Assembly (NCBI GenBank): GCA_963798845.1
Contig: CAWCUS010000006.1
Span: 192,001-256,000, forward strand
Direction of reading: 5' to 3'
Source: an uncultured Gemmatimonadales bacterium
GTDB taxonomy: Bacteria; Gemmatimonadota; Gemmatimonadetes; Longimicrobiales; RSA9
Length of the DNA stretch: 64,000 nt
In this document: positions 1 to 10,670 of the stretch, one piece after another
Layout: each line of letters starts with the position of its first letter
Position numbering within the stretch: the first letter of the stretch is position 1
Made by a program: the position numbers and the translations under genes
The notes under the pieces: model-generated
Databases searched by the model: none
Seen by the model: the letters and a program-made list of their open reading frames with translations, nothing else
What the model was told of the DNA's origin: nothing

Positions 1-344
1 CGATCGAGCATCCGGAAGTGCGGGGCGGGGTGGACGGCGGCGAAGACAGCCACCAGCTGGTCCACGTTCGCGGCGATCGCCCTGGGCCGCCCGCTCCGGC
101 CCGGCGCAGTGCGGACCAGCTGGCTCCGGCGTGCTTCCACGGTCTCGATCGTGTAGGCGCCGTCCGGCTGCCGCTCGACCGAGACCCGGTCCCCCACGAC
201 CACCGCGTCGCCGGTCCGGACCTGCTGCTTGAGCCGGCCGCGCAGCACCGCGTCCACCGCCTCGCCCTGATGCAGCTCGACCTCGTACACGCCGCCGTAG
301 GCGGAGCGCACGAGGCCGTGGTGCAAGCCGGGGCCCGGGGGCAT
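1..344 (-). CDS. rsgA: Ribosome small subunit-dependent GTPase A, N-terminal part (runs off window start)
   Basis: Hand translation from ATG at 344: MPPGPGLHHGLVRSAYGGVYEVE...LRGRLKQ...VVVGDRV...RRSQLVR...IAANVDQLVAVFA...PHFRMLD. The OB-fold and AANVDQ motif are typical of RsgA. Not in the ORF track because it is truncated. Confidence 0.88.
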   Translation of the reverse strand, partial: MPPGPGLHHGLVRSAYGGVYEVELHQGEAVDAVLRGRLKQQVRTGDAVVVGDRVSVERQPDGAYTIETVEARRSQLVRTAPGRSGRPRAIAANVDQLVAVFAAVHPAPHFRMLD

Positions 345-360
345 GGGGGTGCCTGGCTCG

Positions 361-1257
361 CTAAGCGGCGAAGCTCTCCAGCGCCGGACCCATGTCCCCC
401 TCCCGCAGCCGCTTCAGGGCACGGTCGCGCAGCTGTCGCACGCGCTCGCGCGTCACCCCGAGCATGTTGCCGATCTCCTCGAGCGTGTGCGTCTCGCCCC
501 CATCGAGGCCGAAATACAGCCGGAGCACCTTGGCGTCACGCGGGTTCAGCGTGTCCAGCGCGGCATCGATGTGCTCGGCCAGCAGCCGGTCCTCGACATC
601 CTCCTCCGGCTCGGTGGCCTCGTCCAGAACGAACCGCTCGACCAGGTAGCTGTCATCCGAGTCGCCGATCGGCGCGTCCAGCCGGATCTCCGCCGCGTTC
701 AGCGTCTGGAGGTGGCGGACCACCTCGGGCGTCAGCCTGGCCGCCTTCGCCACTTCCTCCAGGCTCGGGTCGCGACCCAGTTCCTGCTTCAACCGCTCCC
801 GCTCCCGGAAGATGCGGGCGAGATCGCTCGCGCGGTTGAGCGGCACGCGCACGGACCGACCCTGGTTCGCCAGCGCCGCCAGGATCGCCTGCCGGATCCA
901 CCACACGGCGTAGGAGATGAACTTCACGCCCTGCTCCGGGTCGAACTTCCGCGCGGCCGTGACCAGCCCGACGTTCCCTTCCTGAATCAGGTCCGCGAGC
1001 GACACGCCGCGGTTCTGATACTTCTTCGCGACGCTGATCACGAACCGCAGGTTGGCCCGCGCGAGCGCCATGACCGCGTCCTCATCGCCCGCCTGGGCGC
1101 GCTTCCCCAGCTCGATCTCCTCCGCCGGCGTGATCAGCTCGTGCCTGCTCACGTCGCCCAGGTATTGGTCGAGTGCGCTGGTGTCCTCGTATGTCGGACG
1201 GAACGCGCTCTTGCGCCGACGGCGCTTCTTGGAATCGGTCGCTGCCATTTCGCCCAT
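361..1257 (-). CDS. Sigma-70 family RNA polymerase sigma factor (RpoD/RpoS-like, no region 1.1)
   Basis: Region 1.2 LDQYLGDV, region 2 ANLRFVISVAKKYQNRG...KFISYAVWWIRQAI, region 4 TLEEIGNMLGVTRERVRQL. Confidence 0.95.
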   Translation of the reverse strand: MGEMAATDSKKRRRRKSAFRPTYEDTSALDQYLGDVSRHELITPAEEIELGKRAQAGDEDAVMALARANLRFVISVAKKYQNRGVSLADLIQEGNVGLVTAARKFDPEQGVKFISYAVWWIRQAILAALANQGRSVRVPLNRASDLARIFRERERLKQELGRDPSLEEVAKAARLTPEVVRHLQTLNAAEIRLDAPIGDSDDSYLVERFVLDEATEPEEDVEDRLLAEHIDAALDTLNPRDAKVLRLYFGLDGGETHTLEEIGNMLGVTRERVRQLRDRALKRLREGDMGPALESFAA

Positions 1258-1466
1258 CGTTTATGATCGCTCGCTGTCGGGTTGTCACGACCAGTGTCGG
1301 CCCTCGCCCGGCAACTGTATGCCTCGCAAGCCCTTTGCCGTGTGCCGATGCAGAGAAGAGCGCACCTGCACGCTCCCTGTCACTGCATCGCGGCCTCTAG
1401 TAACCCCGCTCCCTCGGCGGTGTTCCCGCCATTCCGCCGCTGCCGGAGGCTACCCGCCCGGCAGCC

Positions 1467-2066
1467 TCAATGCCCCCCCTGGCCCGCGGGGCGACCCAGC
1501 GGTCCCCCGCCCGCGCTGCCTCCCGCGCCGGTGCTGTCCGCCCCCGCCCGTGAGGGCACGGCCGAGGAGGACACGTCACGCAGCGGGTCCTGCGCCAAAA
1601 GGGTGTTGAGCGACGGCGGGGCCCGCCCGCCCCCGGGCTGCGTGAGCTGCTCCCTCAGGTCAAGCGCGGACGCCTTGAGCGTCTCGATCTCGGGTGTGAC
1701 CTGGCCGAGTGATGCGCCACGGCGCAGGCGCGCCACGATCCTGTCCGCCATGGCCTCGAGCTGCCGCACCCTGGCCTCCACGTCGTACCCCGACGCAAGC
1801 CAGTCCACGGTGCGCCGGGCGGTGAGGAGCTGGTCCGTCATGGCCTCGGCCGTGTACATCAGCGAGGCGTTCCCTGCCATCGCCGTGTCCAGCACCGCCG
1901 CGAACTCCCCCAGCTGATCCCCGAGCGTGCCCGCGCTCCGCCCGGCCACCAGCGCGGCCGCCGGCGGCGGGGTCTCCTCCGTGAGCCTGTGGTCCTGGCT
2001 CATGTTGCACGCCGCAAGCAGCATGGTCGCGGCGCACGTGGACAGAAGGCGTCTCATCACTGCCAT
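1467..2066 (-). CDS. Hypothetical lipoprotein
   Basis: Start reassigned to MAVMRRLLSTCAATMLLAAC (signal peptide with lipobox LAAC), followed by a helical body. The upstream part of the ORF-track call is antisense to the phosphatase. Confidence 0.65.
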   Translation of the reverse strand: MAVMRRLLSTCAATMLLAACNMSQDHRLTEETPPPAAALVAGRSAGTLGDQLGEFAAVLDTAMAGNASLMYTAEAMTDQLLTARRTVDWLASGYDVEARVRQLEAMADRIVARLRRGASLGQVTPEIETLKASALDLREQLTQPGGGRAPPSLNTLLAQDPLRDVSSSAVPSRAGADSTGAGGSAGGGPLGRPAGQGGH

Positions 2067-2123
2067 GTCGGGCAATCCGTGTGCCGCCTTGCCCCTCGCC
2101 CCGCGCACGCCTACGCTTCGCGG

Positions 2124-2852
2124 ATGAATATCGCATTCGCCGGCCGGACCGACACGGGACGCGTGCGGGTCCGCAACGAGGACGCGCTTCTCCAGCGCCC
2201 CGAGCGGGGGCTCTTCGTCGTGGCCGACGGCATGGGCGGCCACGCGGCCGGGGACATCGCGAGCCGGATCGCCGTGGACGTCGTCGACGAGCGAACGGCG
2301 GAGTCCACCGACGACCCCGTGGCCCAGCTGACCGAGGCCGCTCTCGCTGCCCACGAGGCGATCCTCAAGGCCGCGGATGCCAACCCCGCGCTCAGCGGCA
2401 TGGGCACCACCCTGACGGCGCTGCGGGTCGTGGACGGCGACGGCTGCGCGGTGGTCCACGTGGGTGATTCCCGGGCCTACCGCTGGCACCGCGGCGCTCT
2501 CGAGCAGGTCACGCGCGACCAGACGTGGGTACAGGACCAGGTGGAGGCGGGCGCCCTTTCTCGCGCGCAGGCGCGCGTCCACCCTTTCTCCGCCATGCTC
2601 ACCTGTGCCCTCGGCATCGGTGACGCCGAGCTCGACGTGCAGGTGGTCCGCTCCGACTGTGAGCCCGGGGATGTTTTCCTCCTCTGCAGTGACGGCCTCA
2701 CTGCCGCCGTGGACGATGACGACCTCCGCTCCACCCTGGCCGAGCACGACGACCTCGGCCAGGCCGCCGCCGCGCTCGTCCGCCGCGCCAATGAAGCCGG
2801 CGGTCCCGACAACATCACGGTCGCGCTCGTCCGCATCGCCCCCGGCCACTGA
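2124..2852 (+). CDS. PP2C/PPM-family Ser/Thr protein phosphatase (Stp1/PrpC-like)
   Basis: Motifs TDTGRVRVRNED, LFVVADGMGGH, MGTTL, HVGDSRAY, LLCSDGL, GGPDNITV. Confidence 0.95.
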   Translation: MNIAFAGRTDTGRVRVRNEDALLQRPERGLFVVADGMGGHAAGDIASRIAVDVVDERTAESTDDPVAQLTEAALAAHEAILKAADANPALSGMGTTLTALRVVDGDGCAVVHVGDSRAYRWHRGALEQVTRDQTWVQDQVEAGALSRAQARVHPFSAMLTCALGIGDAELDVQVVRSDCEPGDVFLLCSDGLTAAVDDDDLRSTLAEHDDLGQAAAALVRRANEAGGPDNITVALVRIAPGH

Positions 2853-2858
2853 CCCCCG

Positions 2859-4214
2859 TCACGCCAGCAGCTCTTCCCCCGCGTCCAGCCGACGCCGCAC
2901 CTCGGGTTCCGGCAGCGATACCAGCAACGCCACCGCGTCCGCCCCCACTGGCGGGCGCCCGCCGAGCGCGAACAGCCTCAGCACCCGCGCCGTGCGATAG
3001 AGCTCCTCGGCGATCCGCGGCAGCCCGATCAGGCCCGCGCGCCCTCCCGGCCCCAGGCGCAACACCTCGCCCGTGCTCCGCTGCACCAGCAGATCCAGGC
3101 GGAACATCCCCGGCTTCTCCGGAAAGTCCAGGAACGCCCCGCCGCCCTCGAGCCCGAGCTCCCGGGCCAGCGCGTCCTCCACCCGCCGCTTCAGCGGGGA
3201 GTCGCTCGTGGCCCACGACGCCACCTCCCCCGGCAGCTCCGCGGCCACAACCTCCACCACCCGCTTCGGAAGCCGGCGCCGCTGCAGCGCCTCCACCATG
3301 CTCGCCACCCTCGCCGACCCGGAGTACGACTCCGCTGCCGTCCCGCCCTCCGCTCTCCCCGACAGGAGAAAGAGCAGCGCCTCGTCCGTCTTTCCGACCA
3401 GCTCCTCCGGCCCGATCAGTCCCCCCGACAGCGCGTCGAACACGATCCGCTTGTACAGCACCGTCCCGGCGCGCACCGCGTGATGCCAGTAGACGTTGCG
3501 GAACATCTGGTACTTCGAGAACAGCAGCGACTCCAGCGCCGCCACTCCCTTCTCGTGCACCCCCACTTCGGCTGGACCACCCCCGGGCGGCGACAGCACC
3601 AGAAGCGCGCCCAGCAGTCGATCCACGTCCACCTCCCCGTATGGCACGCCGCAGTACCGAGCGTCCCGCTTCAGGTACTCCACCTTGTCCAGGTCCAGGC
3701 TGCCGCTCACCAGCCCCTGCAGTGGCGAAGACGAGCGGCCCCGGACCAGCGACTCCACCTTCGCGACTCCGTCCCCCGCCACCGACTCCAGCGCCGCACG
3801 GACCTCCGGGTCCTCCAGGAACCTACCGGTCAGCGACTCGTGGTGTCCGGGGATCAGATCCTCCTCCAGCTCCTCGAGCGCGTGTGAGAACGGGTAGTGG
3901 CCTACGTCGTGAAGCAGCCCCGCCAGCGGCACAAGCCGCAGCTCCTCCGCGTCCACCACACCCAGGGCCCCCCGCACGGACAGGCTGGTGATCGCCCGGC
4001 GGATCAGGTGGTACACACCCAGCGCGTGGTCGAACCGTGTGTGGCTCGCGCCCGGGTACACCAGGTGCGCCAGACCCAGCTGCCGGATGTAACGCAGCCG
4101 CTGGAAGGCCCCCGAGTCCACCACCCGCCTCGCCTCCTCCTCCACCTCGATCGTGCCCCACACCGGCTCACGGATCACCACGGGCCCACGCGCCTGCTCC
4201 GCCCGGTCACTCAT
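2859..4214 (-). CDS. HD-superfamily phosphohydrolase (SAMHD1/dNTP triphosphohydrolase-like)
   Basis: FQRLRYIRQLG..VYPGASHTRFDHALG, LLHDVGHYPFSH, LDLDKVEYLKRD motifs. Confidence 0.9.
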   Translation of the reverse strand: MSDRAEQARGPVVIREPVWGTIEVEEEARRVVDSGAFQRLRYIRQLGLAHLVYPGASHTRFDHALGVYHLIRRAITSLSVRGALGVVDAEELRLVPLAGLLHDVGHYPFSHALEELEEDLIPGHHESLTGRFLEDPEVRAALESVAGDGVAKVESLVRGRSSSPLQGLVSGSLDLDKVEYLKRDARYCGVPYGEVDVDRLLGALLVLSPPGGGPAEVGVHEKGVAALESLLFSKYQMFRNVYWHHAVRAGTVLYKRIVFDALSGGLIGPEELVGKTDEALLFLLSGRAEGGTAAESYSGSARVASMVEALQRRRLPKRVVEVVAAELPGEVASWATSDSPLKRRVEDALARELGLEGGGAFLDFPEKPGMFRLDLLVQRSTGEVLRLGPGGRAGLIGLPRIAEELYRTARVLRLFALGGRPPVGADAVALLVSLPEPEVRRRLDAGEELLA

Positions 4215-4277
4215 GGCTCCGCTCCGCCTCCGAGGTGGTCCGATCCATGCGATTCAACGCGTCTTGAAGTGAGCGAC

Positions 4278-4301
4278 GGGGGGCTGCTGAGCCCCCCTTT
4301 T
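4278..4301 (+). terminator. Intrinsic terminator-like hairpin in a divergent intergenic region
   Basis: GGGGGGCT-gctg-AGCCCCCC stem followed by TTTT. Confidence 0.55.
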
Positions 4302-4325
4302 CTCGGGCATTGCGAGTTGAGGATC

Positions 4326-4808
4326 ATGATAAAGCGTGCGACCTGTACCGCCAGCGCGCTGATGGCCCTGGCGGTCTCCGCGTGCAGCGGGCCGGCCGGC
4401 CCGGCGCCCGGGTCGGCGTACCCGAGCACCGCCGAGCGGGAGGCGAAGCTGTCGCGAAAGAGCACGGCACCGAAGAGTGTGCAGATGCGGGACCTGGACC
4501 GATACCCGGTTTCGGATATGGCCGAGTACCTGGCGCAGCACGTGTCCGGGCTGCGTCTGGTGCAGGGTCCCAATGGTCGGCCGGCGCTGCGGATCCGCGG
4601 CGCCAGCTCGGTGATGGCCACGAACGATCCGCTGGTGGTGATCGACGGGGTGGCTGTTCCGCGCTACGGTCTCGACGCCGTGCTGGTCGGGCTGGTCCCT
4701 GCGGACATCGCGCGCGTGACGGTGCTGAAGGATGCGGGCTCGACGTCGTTCTACGGCGTGCGTGGCAGCAACGGCGTCATCCTGATCGAGACCAAGCGGG
4801 GCCGTTGA
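4326..4808 (+). CDS. Stand-alone TonB-dependent receptor plug-domain lipoprotein (SusC-type plug)
   Basis: Lipoprotein signal (..ALAVSAC); LRIRGASS..NDPLVVIDGV..DI..VTVLKDA..YGVRGSNGVILIETKRG; stops immediately after the plug, with no barrel. Confidence 0.85.
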   Translation: MIKRATCTASALMALAVSACSGPAGPAPGSAYPSTAEREAKLSRKSTAPKSVQMRDLDRYPVSDMAEYLAQHVSGLRLVQGPNGRPALRIRGASSVMATNDPLVVIDGVAVPRYGLDAVLVGLVPADIARVTVLKDAGSTSFYGVRGSNGVILIETKRGR

Positions 4809-4827
4809 CGGGCGGAAGCGGGGCGCC

Positions 4828-6414
4828 TCAGGGTCCCGCGTTCCGGACCGCCTCGCTGACCTCATCGGCGAAGCCGACGAAGTTCTGGCGGAACATCGCC
4901 ACCAGCTTCCTGGCCTGCTCGTCGTACTCCCAGGGGTGCTCCCATGTCTGGCGCGGGCGCAGCACCTCGTCCGGGACGCCGCGGACGTGCTCCGGGACTT
5001 CGAGTCCGAAGGCCGGGTCCCTGTGCGTCTTCACGTCGTCCAGCTCACCGGTCAGCGCGGCGGTCACCATGCGGCGCGTGTGGGCGAGCTCCATCCGGTG
5101 CCCCTGTCCGTATGCCCCCCCGGTCCACCCCGTATTGACCAGCCAGGTGCTGGCGTCGTGCTGCTCGATCAGGCGCGCGAGCAGCTCGGCGTATCGGCCG
5201 GGCGGCAGCGGGAGGAAAGGCGCGCCGAAGCAGGCGCTGAACGTCGCATTGGGCTCCGTGACCCCCTTCTCGGTCCCGGCGACCTTGGCGGTGTACCCGG
5301 AGAGGAAGTGGTACGCCGCCTGGTCCCGATTCAGCCTGGCGATCGGCGGGAGCACGCCGAAGGCGTCGGCGGTGAGGAAGATCACGTGGCGCGGGTGGCC
5401 GCCGCGCTTGTCGCGCACGGCGCCGTCCACGAAGCGGAGCGGGTAGGAGGAGCGAGTGTTCTCGGTGACTGCGTCGTCGTCCCAGAGCGGGCAGCGCTTC
5501 TCGTCCAGGACCACGTTCTCCAGGATCGCGCCGAACCGCTTGCTCGCGGCCCAGATCAGCGGCTCGCCGTCCTTCGACAGCCGGATCACCTTGGCGTAGT
5601 TGCCGCCTTCGAAGTTGAACACGCCGTCCTCGGACCAGCCGTGCTCGTCGTCGCCGATGAGGTAGCGGTCCGGGTCGGTCGAGAGCGTGGTCTTCCCGGT
5701 GCCCGAAAGCCCGAAGAACAGGGCCACGTCCCCGTCCTCCCCCATGTTGGCCGAGCAGTGCATGCTCAGCACGTCCTGCCGCGGCAGGAGGTAGTTCATC
5801 ACGCTGAAGACCGACTTCTTGATCTCGCCCGCGTAGCGGGTGCCGCCGATGAGCACCTGCTTTTCAGCGAAGTTGACGACGACGAAGGCGCCCGACCGGG
5901 TCCCGTGCGTACCGGGATCGGCCTGGAACTCGGGAGCGTGCAGCACCGTGAACCCCACCTTGAAATGGCCGCGGTGATCACCGTACGGTTCGAGGAACAT
6001 GTTGTTCACGAACAGCGAGTGCCACGCGCTCGGCGTGACCACACGCACGTTCAGACGGTACTGCGGATCGGCCCCCGCCCAGACGTCCCGGACGTACAGG
6101 TCTTCCTGCTCGTCCAGGTACGCGATCAGGTCCGCGCGCAGGCGTTCGAACTGCTCCGGCTCGAACGGTACGTTCACGCTCCCCCACCAGATCTCGTCCT
6201 CGGTTCCGGGCTCCCGGACCGTGAACTTGTCCTTCGGGGACCGCCCTGTATGGGGTGCCGTGATCGCCACGAACGAGCCGTCGGCCGACAGCTTGCCCTC
6301 GCCCCGCCATACCGCGTGCTCGATGAGCTCCGCGGGTGGGAGGTTCCAGTGAATCCGACCGGCCGGCGTCAGCCCCTGCTCACTCAGCTGCGTGCGTTCC
6401 TTCGTCGTCGCCAC
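4828..6414 (-). CDS. pckA: Phosphoenolpyruvate carboxykinase (ATP)
   Basis: [46 protein letters not shown]. Confidence 0.98.
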   Translation of the reverse strand: MATTKERTQLSEQGLTPAGRIHWNLPPAELIEHAVWRGEGKLSADGSFVAITAPHTGRSPKDKFTVREPGTEDEIWWGSVNVPFEPEQFERLRADLIAYLDEQEDLYVRDVWAGADPQYRLNVRVVTPSAWHSLFVNNMFLEPYGDHRGHFKVGFTVLHAPEFQADPGTHGTRSGAFVVVNFAEKQVLIGGTRYAGEIKKSVFSVMNYLLPRQDVLSMHCSANMGEDGDVALFFGLSGTGKTTLSTDPDRYLIGDDEHGWSEDGVFNFEGGNYAKVIRLSKDGEPLIWAASKRFGAILENVVLDEKRCPLWDDDAVTENTRSSYPLRFVDGAVRDKRGGHPRHVIFLTADAFGVLPPIARLNRDQAAYHFLSGYTAKVAGTEKGVTEPNATFSACFGAPFLPLPPGRYAELLARLIEQHDASTWLVNTGWTGGAYGQGHRMELAHTRRMVTAALTGELDDVKTHRDPAFGLEVPEHVRGVPDEVLRPRQTWEHPWEYDEQARKLVAMFRQNFVGFADEVSEAVRNAGP

Positions 6415-6436
6415 TCTTCTCGCCTCTGCTGTCCTC

Positions 6437-8710
6437 TTACGGGTTGTTGATCGTCGTCCGGCGACGCTGCGCGTCCACGACCGCGATCGCCGTGAGGTTC
6501 ACCACGTCCGCCGCCTCGCTGCCGCGCTGCAGCACGTGCACGGGCTTCGCCATCCCCATGAGGATCGGACCGATCGCTTCCGCGCCGCCGATCCTGCCCA
6601 TGAGCTTGTACGCGATGTTGGCCGCGTTCAGGTCCGGGAAGATGAGAACGTTCGCCGGACCGTCTAGCGTGCTGAACTGATACCGGCTGCGCAGGATGTC
6701 TGCCACGACGGCCGTGTCCGCCTGCATCTCGCCGTCCACCTTGAGATCCGGGCGGAACTGCCGGACGCGCTCGGTGGCGTCGCGTACCTTCTGCGCCTGC
6801 GGGTGCCGCGTAGACCCGAAGTTGGAGAACGAGAGCATGGCCATGCGCGGCTCGATGCCCAGTCGCTGCACGAAGTCCGCCGACAGCAGAGCGATTTCCG
6901 CCAGCGTTTCCGCGTCCGGGTCGATGTTCACGGTCGTGTCGGCGAAGAACATGATCTCGTGCTGCAGCACCATCATGTAGAGCCCGGCCACGTGCTTCAC
7001 CGCCGGGTCGGTGCCCACGGCTTCCAGCGCGGGCCGGATCGTCTCGGGGTAGTGCGTTTCGATCCCCGCGATCGCCCCGTCGGCGTCCCCTTCGGCCACC
7101 ATCATGTGACCGAAGTACGAGGTTTCCCGCAGCCGGTCCTGCGCCTCCGGTAGCGTGATCCCTTTGCGCTGACGCCGTTCGAAGAACCGCTGAGCGTAGC
7201 GGTCCCGCAGCTCCTCCGCGCTCGCCGGGTCGATGATGTCGACCCCGTTGAGGTCCACGTGCAGCTCCTTCGCCCGCTCCCGGACCCGGTCCTCCCGGCC
7301 CAGCAGCACCGGGTGGACGATTCCCTCCTGCATCGCCTGCCCGACCGCGCGGATGATCCGGTCGTCTTCACCCTCCGGATACACGATGCGACGCGGGTCG
7401 CGCTGCGCTCGCAGCATGATGTCGCGCATCACCTCGCGCCGCCGGCCCAGCCGCGCCTCCAGCTGCGTCCGGTACTCCTCCAGGTCGATGTCGTGACGCG
7501 CTACACCGTCTTCCATGGCCGCCTTCGCCACCGCCGGGGCCACCCACAGCAGCACTCGGTAGTCGAACGGCTTCGGGATCAGGTAGCGCGTGCCGAACCG
7601 GAACGTCTCCTTGTCGTAGGCGTGCGCCACCGACTCCGGCACGTCTTCCTTGGCCAGCGCCGCCAGCGCGTGCGTGGCCGCCAGCTTCATGTTGTCCGTG
7701 ATGGCGCGCGCGCGAACATCCAGCGCACCGCGGAAGATGAACGGGAAGCCCAGGACGTTGTTCACCTGGTTGTCGTAGTCACTGCGCCCCGTGGCCATGA
7801 TCGCGTCCTCCCGCACGGCGAACACCTCGTCCGGCAGGATCTCGGGATCCGGGTTCGCCAGCGCGAAGATCACCGGGTGCTCCGCCATCTTCTTCACCAT
7901 CTCGGGAGTGACCGCCCCTGCCACCGACAGCCCGACGAACACGTCCGCCCCCTCGATGGCCGCCGACAGGTCCTGGCCCGCGACATCCTGCGCGAACAGC
8001 GCCTTGTACTTGTTCATCCCCGCGGTGCGGTCCTTCGTGATCAGCCCCTTGCTGTCGCACAGGAAGATGTTCTCCCGCCTCGCTCCCAGGCGGATGTAGT
8101 GGTTGGCGGTCGCGATCGACGCCGCCCCCGCGCCGCTGAACACGATCTTTATGTCGGCGATGTCCTTGGCAACCAGCTCCAGCGCGTTCACCAGCGCCGC
8201 ACCCGAGATGATGGCGGTGCCGTGCTGGTCGTCATGGAAGACCGGGATGTCCAGCTTCTCCTTCAGCGCTTCCTCGATCTCGAAGCACTCCGGGGCCTTG
8301 ATGTCTTCCAGGTTGATCCCGCCGAGCGTCGGCTCCAGCAGCTCGCAGAAACGGATGATCTCCTGCGGGTCCTCCGAGTCCACCTCAATGTCGAACACGT
8401 CGATGTCCGCGAAACGCTTGAACAGGACGGCCTTCCCCTCCATCACCGGCTTCCCCGCGAGCGCCCCGAGGTTGCCCAGCCCCAGCACAGCCGTGCCGTT
8501 CGACACCACCCCGACCAGGTTCCCGCGCGCCGTGTACCTGAACGCCGCGTCCGGGTCGTCCTTGATGATGCGACACGGCTCCGCGACGCCCGGCGTGTAG
8601 GCGAGCGAGAGGTCCCATTGCGTCCCCACCGGCTTCGTGGGGACGACCGCGATCTTGCCCGGGCGGCCCTGCTCGTGGTAGTCGAGCGCCGCCTGCTTTC
8701 TATCCACCAT
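6437..8710 (-). CDS. maeB: NADP-dependent malic enzyme with C-terminal phosphotransacetylase-like domain
   Basis: [58 protein letters not shown] domain DGEMQAD..ANVLIFP. Confidence 0.97.
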   Translation of the reverse strand: MVDRKQAALDYHEQGRPGKIAVVPTKPVGTQWDLSLAYTPGVAEPCRIIKDDPDAAFRYTARGNLVGVVSNGTAVLGLGNLGALAGKPVMEGKAVLFKRFADIDVFDIEVDSEDPQEIIRFCELLEPTLGGINLEDIKAPECFEIEEALKEKLDIPVFHDDQHGTAIISGAALVNALELVAKDIADIKIVFSGAGAASIATANHYIRLGARRENIFLCDSKGLITKDRTAGMNKYKALFAQDVAGQDLSAAIEGADVFVGLSVAGAVTPEMVKKMAEHPVIFALANPDPEILPDEVFAVREDAIMATGRSDYDNQVNNVLGFPFIFRGALDVRARAITDNMKLAATHALAALAKEDVPESVAHAYDKETFRFGTRYLIPKPFDYRVLLWVAPAVAKAAMEDGVARHDIDLEEYRTQLEARLGRRREVMRDIMLRAQRDPRRIVYPEGEDDRIIRAVGQAMQEGIVHPVLLGREDRVRERAKELHVDLNGVDIIDPASAEELRDRYAQRFFERRQRKGITLPEAQDRLRETSYFGHMMVAEGDADGAIAGIETHYPETIRPALEAVGTDPAVKHVAGLYMMVLQHEIMFFADTTVNIDPDAETLAEIALLSADFVQRLGIEPRMAMLSFSNFGSTRHPQAQKVRDATERVRQFRPDLKVDGEMQADTAVVADILRSRYQFSTLDGPANVLIFPDLNAANIAYKLMGRIGGAEAIGPILMGMAKPVHVLQRGSEAADVVNLTAIAVVDAQRRRTTINNP

Positions 8711-8871
8711 TCATTCACTCCTCAGCGTCAAGGTCCGAGCAAGCGAAGGCTACCGACGGGGCGGGTCGAAAGCAAGCAGGGACGCGGGCCTTCAGCCGGT
8801 TGCGTCCGGGTCGCGGTGGCGCGATTCTGGCACCGGTGCGGCCCCGTCCGGTCATACCTCGAACCCACGCG

Positions 8872-10665
8872 ATGCGACGACACTTCGGCCTCTCCGCCCC
8901 CGCCGGCCTCCTCCTCGCCGCCGTCGTCGCACCGCTCCAGGCGCAGGGGAGCGGCGACCATGCCTGCAAGGCCGGCCGGGTCGAGCACATCTTCATCGAC
9001 AATCACTCCATCTTCGACACCTCGGATCCGGACCTCGACCCGCGCTTCCGCTGGGCGTACACGCTCGCCAACCGCCTCCACGTCCGGACTTCCGAGTCGG
9101 TCATCCGGCGCGAGCTGCTGTTCGACGTGGGCGACTGCTTCGACCCGATCCGCCTCGAGGAGTCGGAGCGTCTCCTGCGCGGCTATCCGTTCATCGCACG
9201 GGCGGACATCTACGCCATCCAGCAGCCGGGCGGCGCGTACCACGTGGTGGTGGACACCGAAGACGAGTGGTCGACGCAGCTCGAGACGCGGCTGGACCTG
9301 AGCCAGGGTCTGGACTTCCAGGGCGCGGACCTGCGGGAGCAGAATTTCCTCGGCACCGGCCGCGAGGTGGAAGCGTTCTACAGCAACCTCAATGCGACCC
9401 GGACGTACGGCCTCCGGTACTTCTCTCCCCAGCTCTTCCGCAGCCGCTGGGATCTCGAGATGTCCGGCGGCAGGACCCGGGCGGGGACGCTCCTGGAGCA
9501 GACCGTAAGCTATCCGTTCGTCGGGGAGATCGGGCGCTGGGCGGCGCAGCAGCGCTTCTACCGCCAGGACCGCTTCTTCGATTACCTCCTCCCCACCCAG
9601 GCCGGAGAGGACACCCGGCTCCTGATCCCGCTGCGTGAAAAGGAGTTCCAGGTGGCGGCGCTGCGGCGCTTCGGCCGCCTCGGCAACCTGACCATCGTGG
9701 GCGGTGGCGTGGGGTTTCAGGAAATCTCGTATCCGGGGAGCGACGGCAGCCTGGAGCTGGTCCGCAACAACGACTACGGCCACACCTCCCCGGCCCCGCC
9801 GGCGGTGGCCGAGCCCGCCCTGGGGTCCATGGAGCACCGGCGCAACATCCGGGCGATGGTGTTCCTGGGAAAGCGGAACATCGTGTGGCGGCAAAGAGAA
9901 GGGCTCGACAGCTTCCACGGCGAGCAGGACCTGCGGACGGGGACCGACGTGGAAATGTCGTTCGCCCGCTCCCTCCCGGCTCTCGAGTCCGACGACGACC
10001 TGCACGCCTCCATCGACTTCTACGCGGCCACTGGCCCCGCTACGGCCTTTTTCGCCACCCGCATGCGGGCGGACGGACGCCGCGACTACGATGCGGAGCC
10101 GGGCATCTACGAGATGAAGGACGTCATCGCCGAGGGGGAGTGGTTCCTCTACGTGCGGCCCGCGTTCGAGTCCCACCACACCCTGCTGCTGCGCGCCTCC
10201 GCGGCCGGCGGCTGGCACACGTCCACCCCATTCCAGATCACGCTGGGTGGCCAGCAGTCTCTTCGTGGCTTTCCGCAAACCGCGTTTCCCGGCGGCCGTC
10301 GCCTGGTGTTCACGGCGGAGGACCGATTCTACCTGGGGTGGCCTTTCCCGGACGTGGCGGACATCGGCACTTCCCTTTTCGTGGATGTTGGCCGCATCTG
10401 GCCCGGTGACGCACCCTACGGCCAGAGCTCGGGATGGCGCACCAGCATCGGCGGCGGCATTCGCGCCAATTTCCCCGCCGGCGGCACCAACACTTTCCGT
10501 GTCGATGCCGCGTTCCCGGTCGGCTCCGATGGCGGGCTGGGCAAGCTCCAGCTGCTCATCGGTGTGACAGAATACCTCGGCATCACGTCCGGCTTCACGG
10601 ACCCGCAGCTCAGCCGCTCTCGCGTGCCCCCCATCACGGGCAACCTCCTGAACTTCCCCAACTGA
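8872..10665 (+). CDS. Omp85/BamA-TamA family outer-membrane protein (POTRA + beta-barrel)
   Basis: Signal peptide; POTRA-like TSESVIRRELLF..GD..LEESERLLR; ENFLG-like EQNFLGTG; barrel motif LGG..SLRGF; FVDVGRIW. Confidence 0.8.
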   Translation: MRRHFGLSAPAGLLLAAVVAPLQAQGSGDHACKAGRVEHIFIDNHSIFDTSDPDLDPRFRWAYTLANRLHVRTSESVIRRELLFDVGDCFDPIRLEESERLLRGYPFIARADIYAIQQPGGAYHVVVDTEDEWSTQLETRLDLSQGLDFQGADLREQNFLGTGREVEAFYSNLNATRTYGLRYFSPQLFRSRWDLEMSGGRTRAGTLLEQTVSYPFVGEIGRWAAQQRFYRQDRFFDYLLPTQAGEDTRLLIPLREKEFQVAALRRFGRLGNLTIVGGGVGFQEISYPGSDGSLELVRNNDYGHTSPAPPAVAEPALGSMEHRRNIRAMVFLGKRNIVWRQREGLDSFHGEQDLRTGTDVEMSFARSLPALESDDDLHASIDFYAATGPATAFFATRMRADGRRDYDAEPGIYEMKDVIAEGEWFLYVRPAFESHHTLLLRASAAGGWHTSTPFQITLGGQQSLRGFPQTAFPGGRRLVFTAEDRFYLGWPFPDVADIGTSLFVDVGRIWPGDAPYGQSSGWRTSIGGGIRANFPAGGTNTFRVDAAFPVGSDGGLGKLQLLIGVTEYLGITSGFTDPQLSRSRVPPITGNLLNFPN

Positions 10666-10670
10666 ACGCC

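Noticed and set aside
2859..4214. HD dNTPase as an anti-phage defence gene
   Set aside because: The context is housekeeping, with no defence-island neighbours, and the family is widespread.
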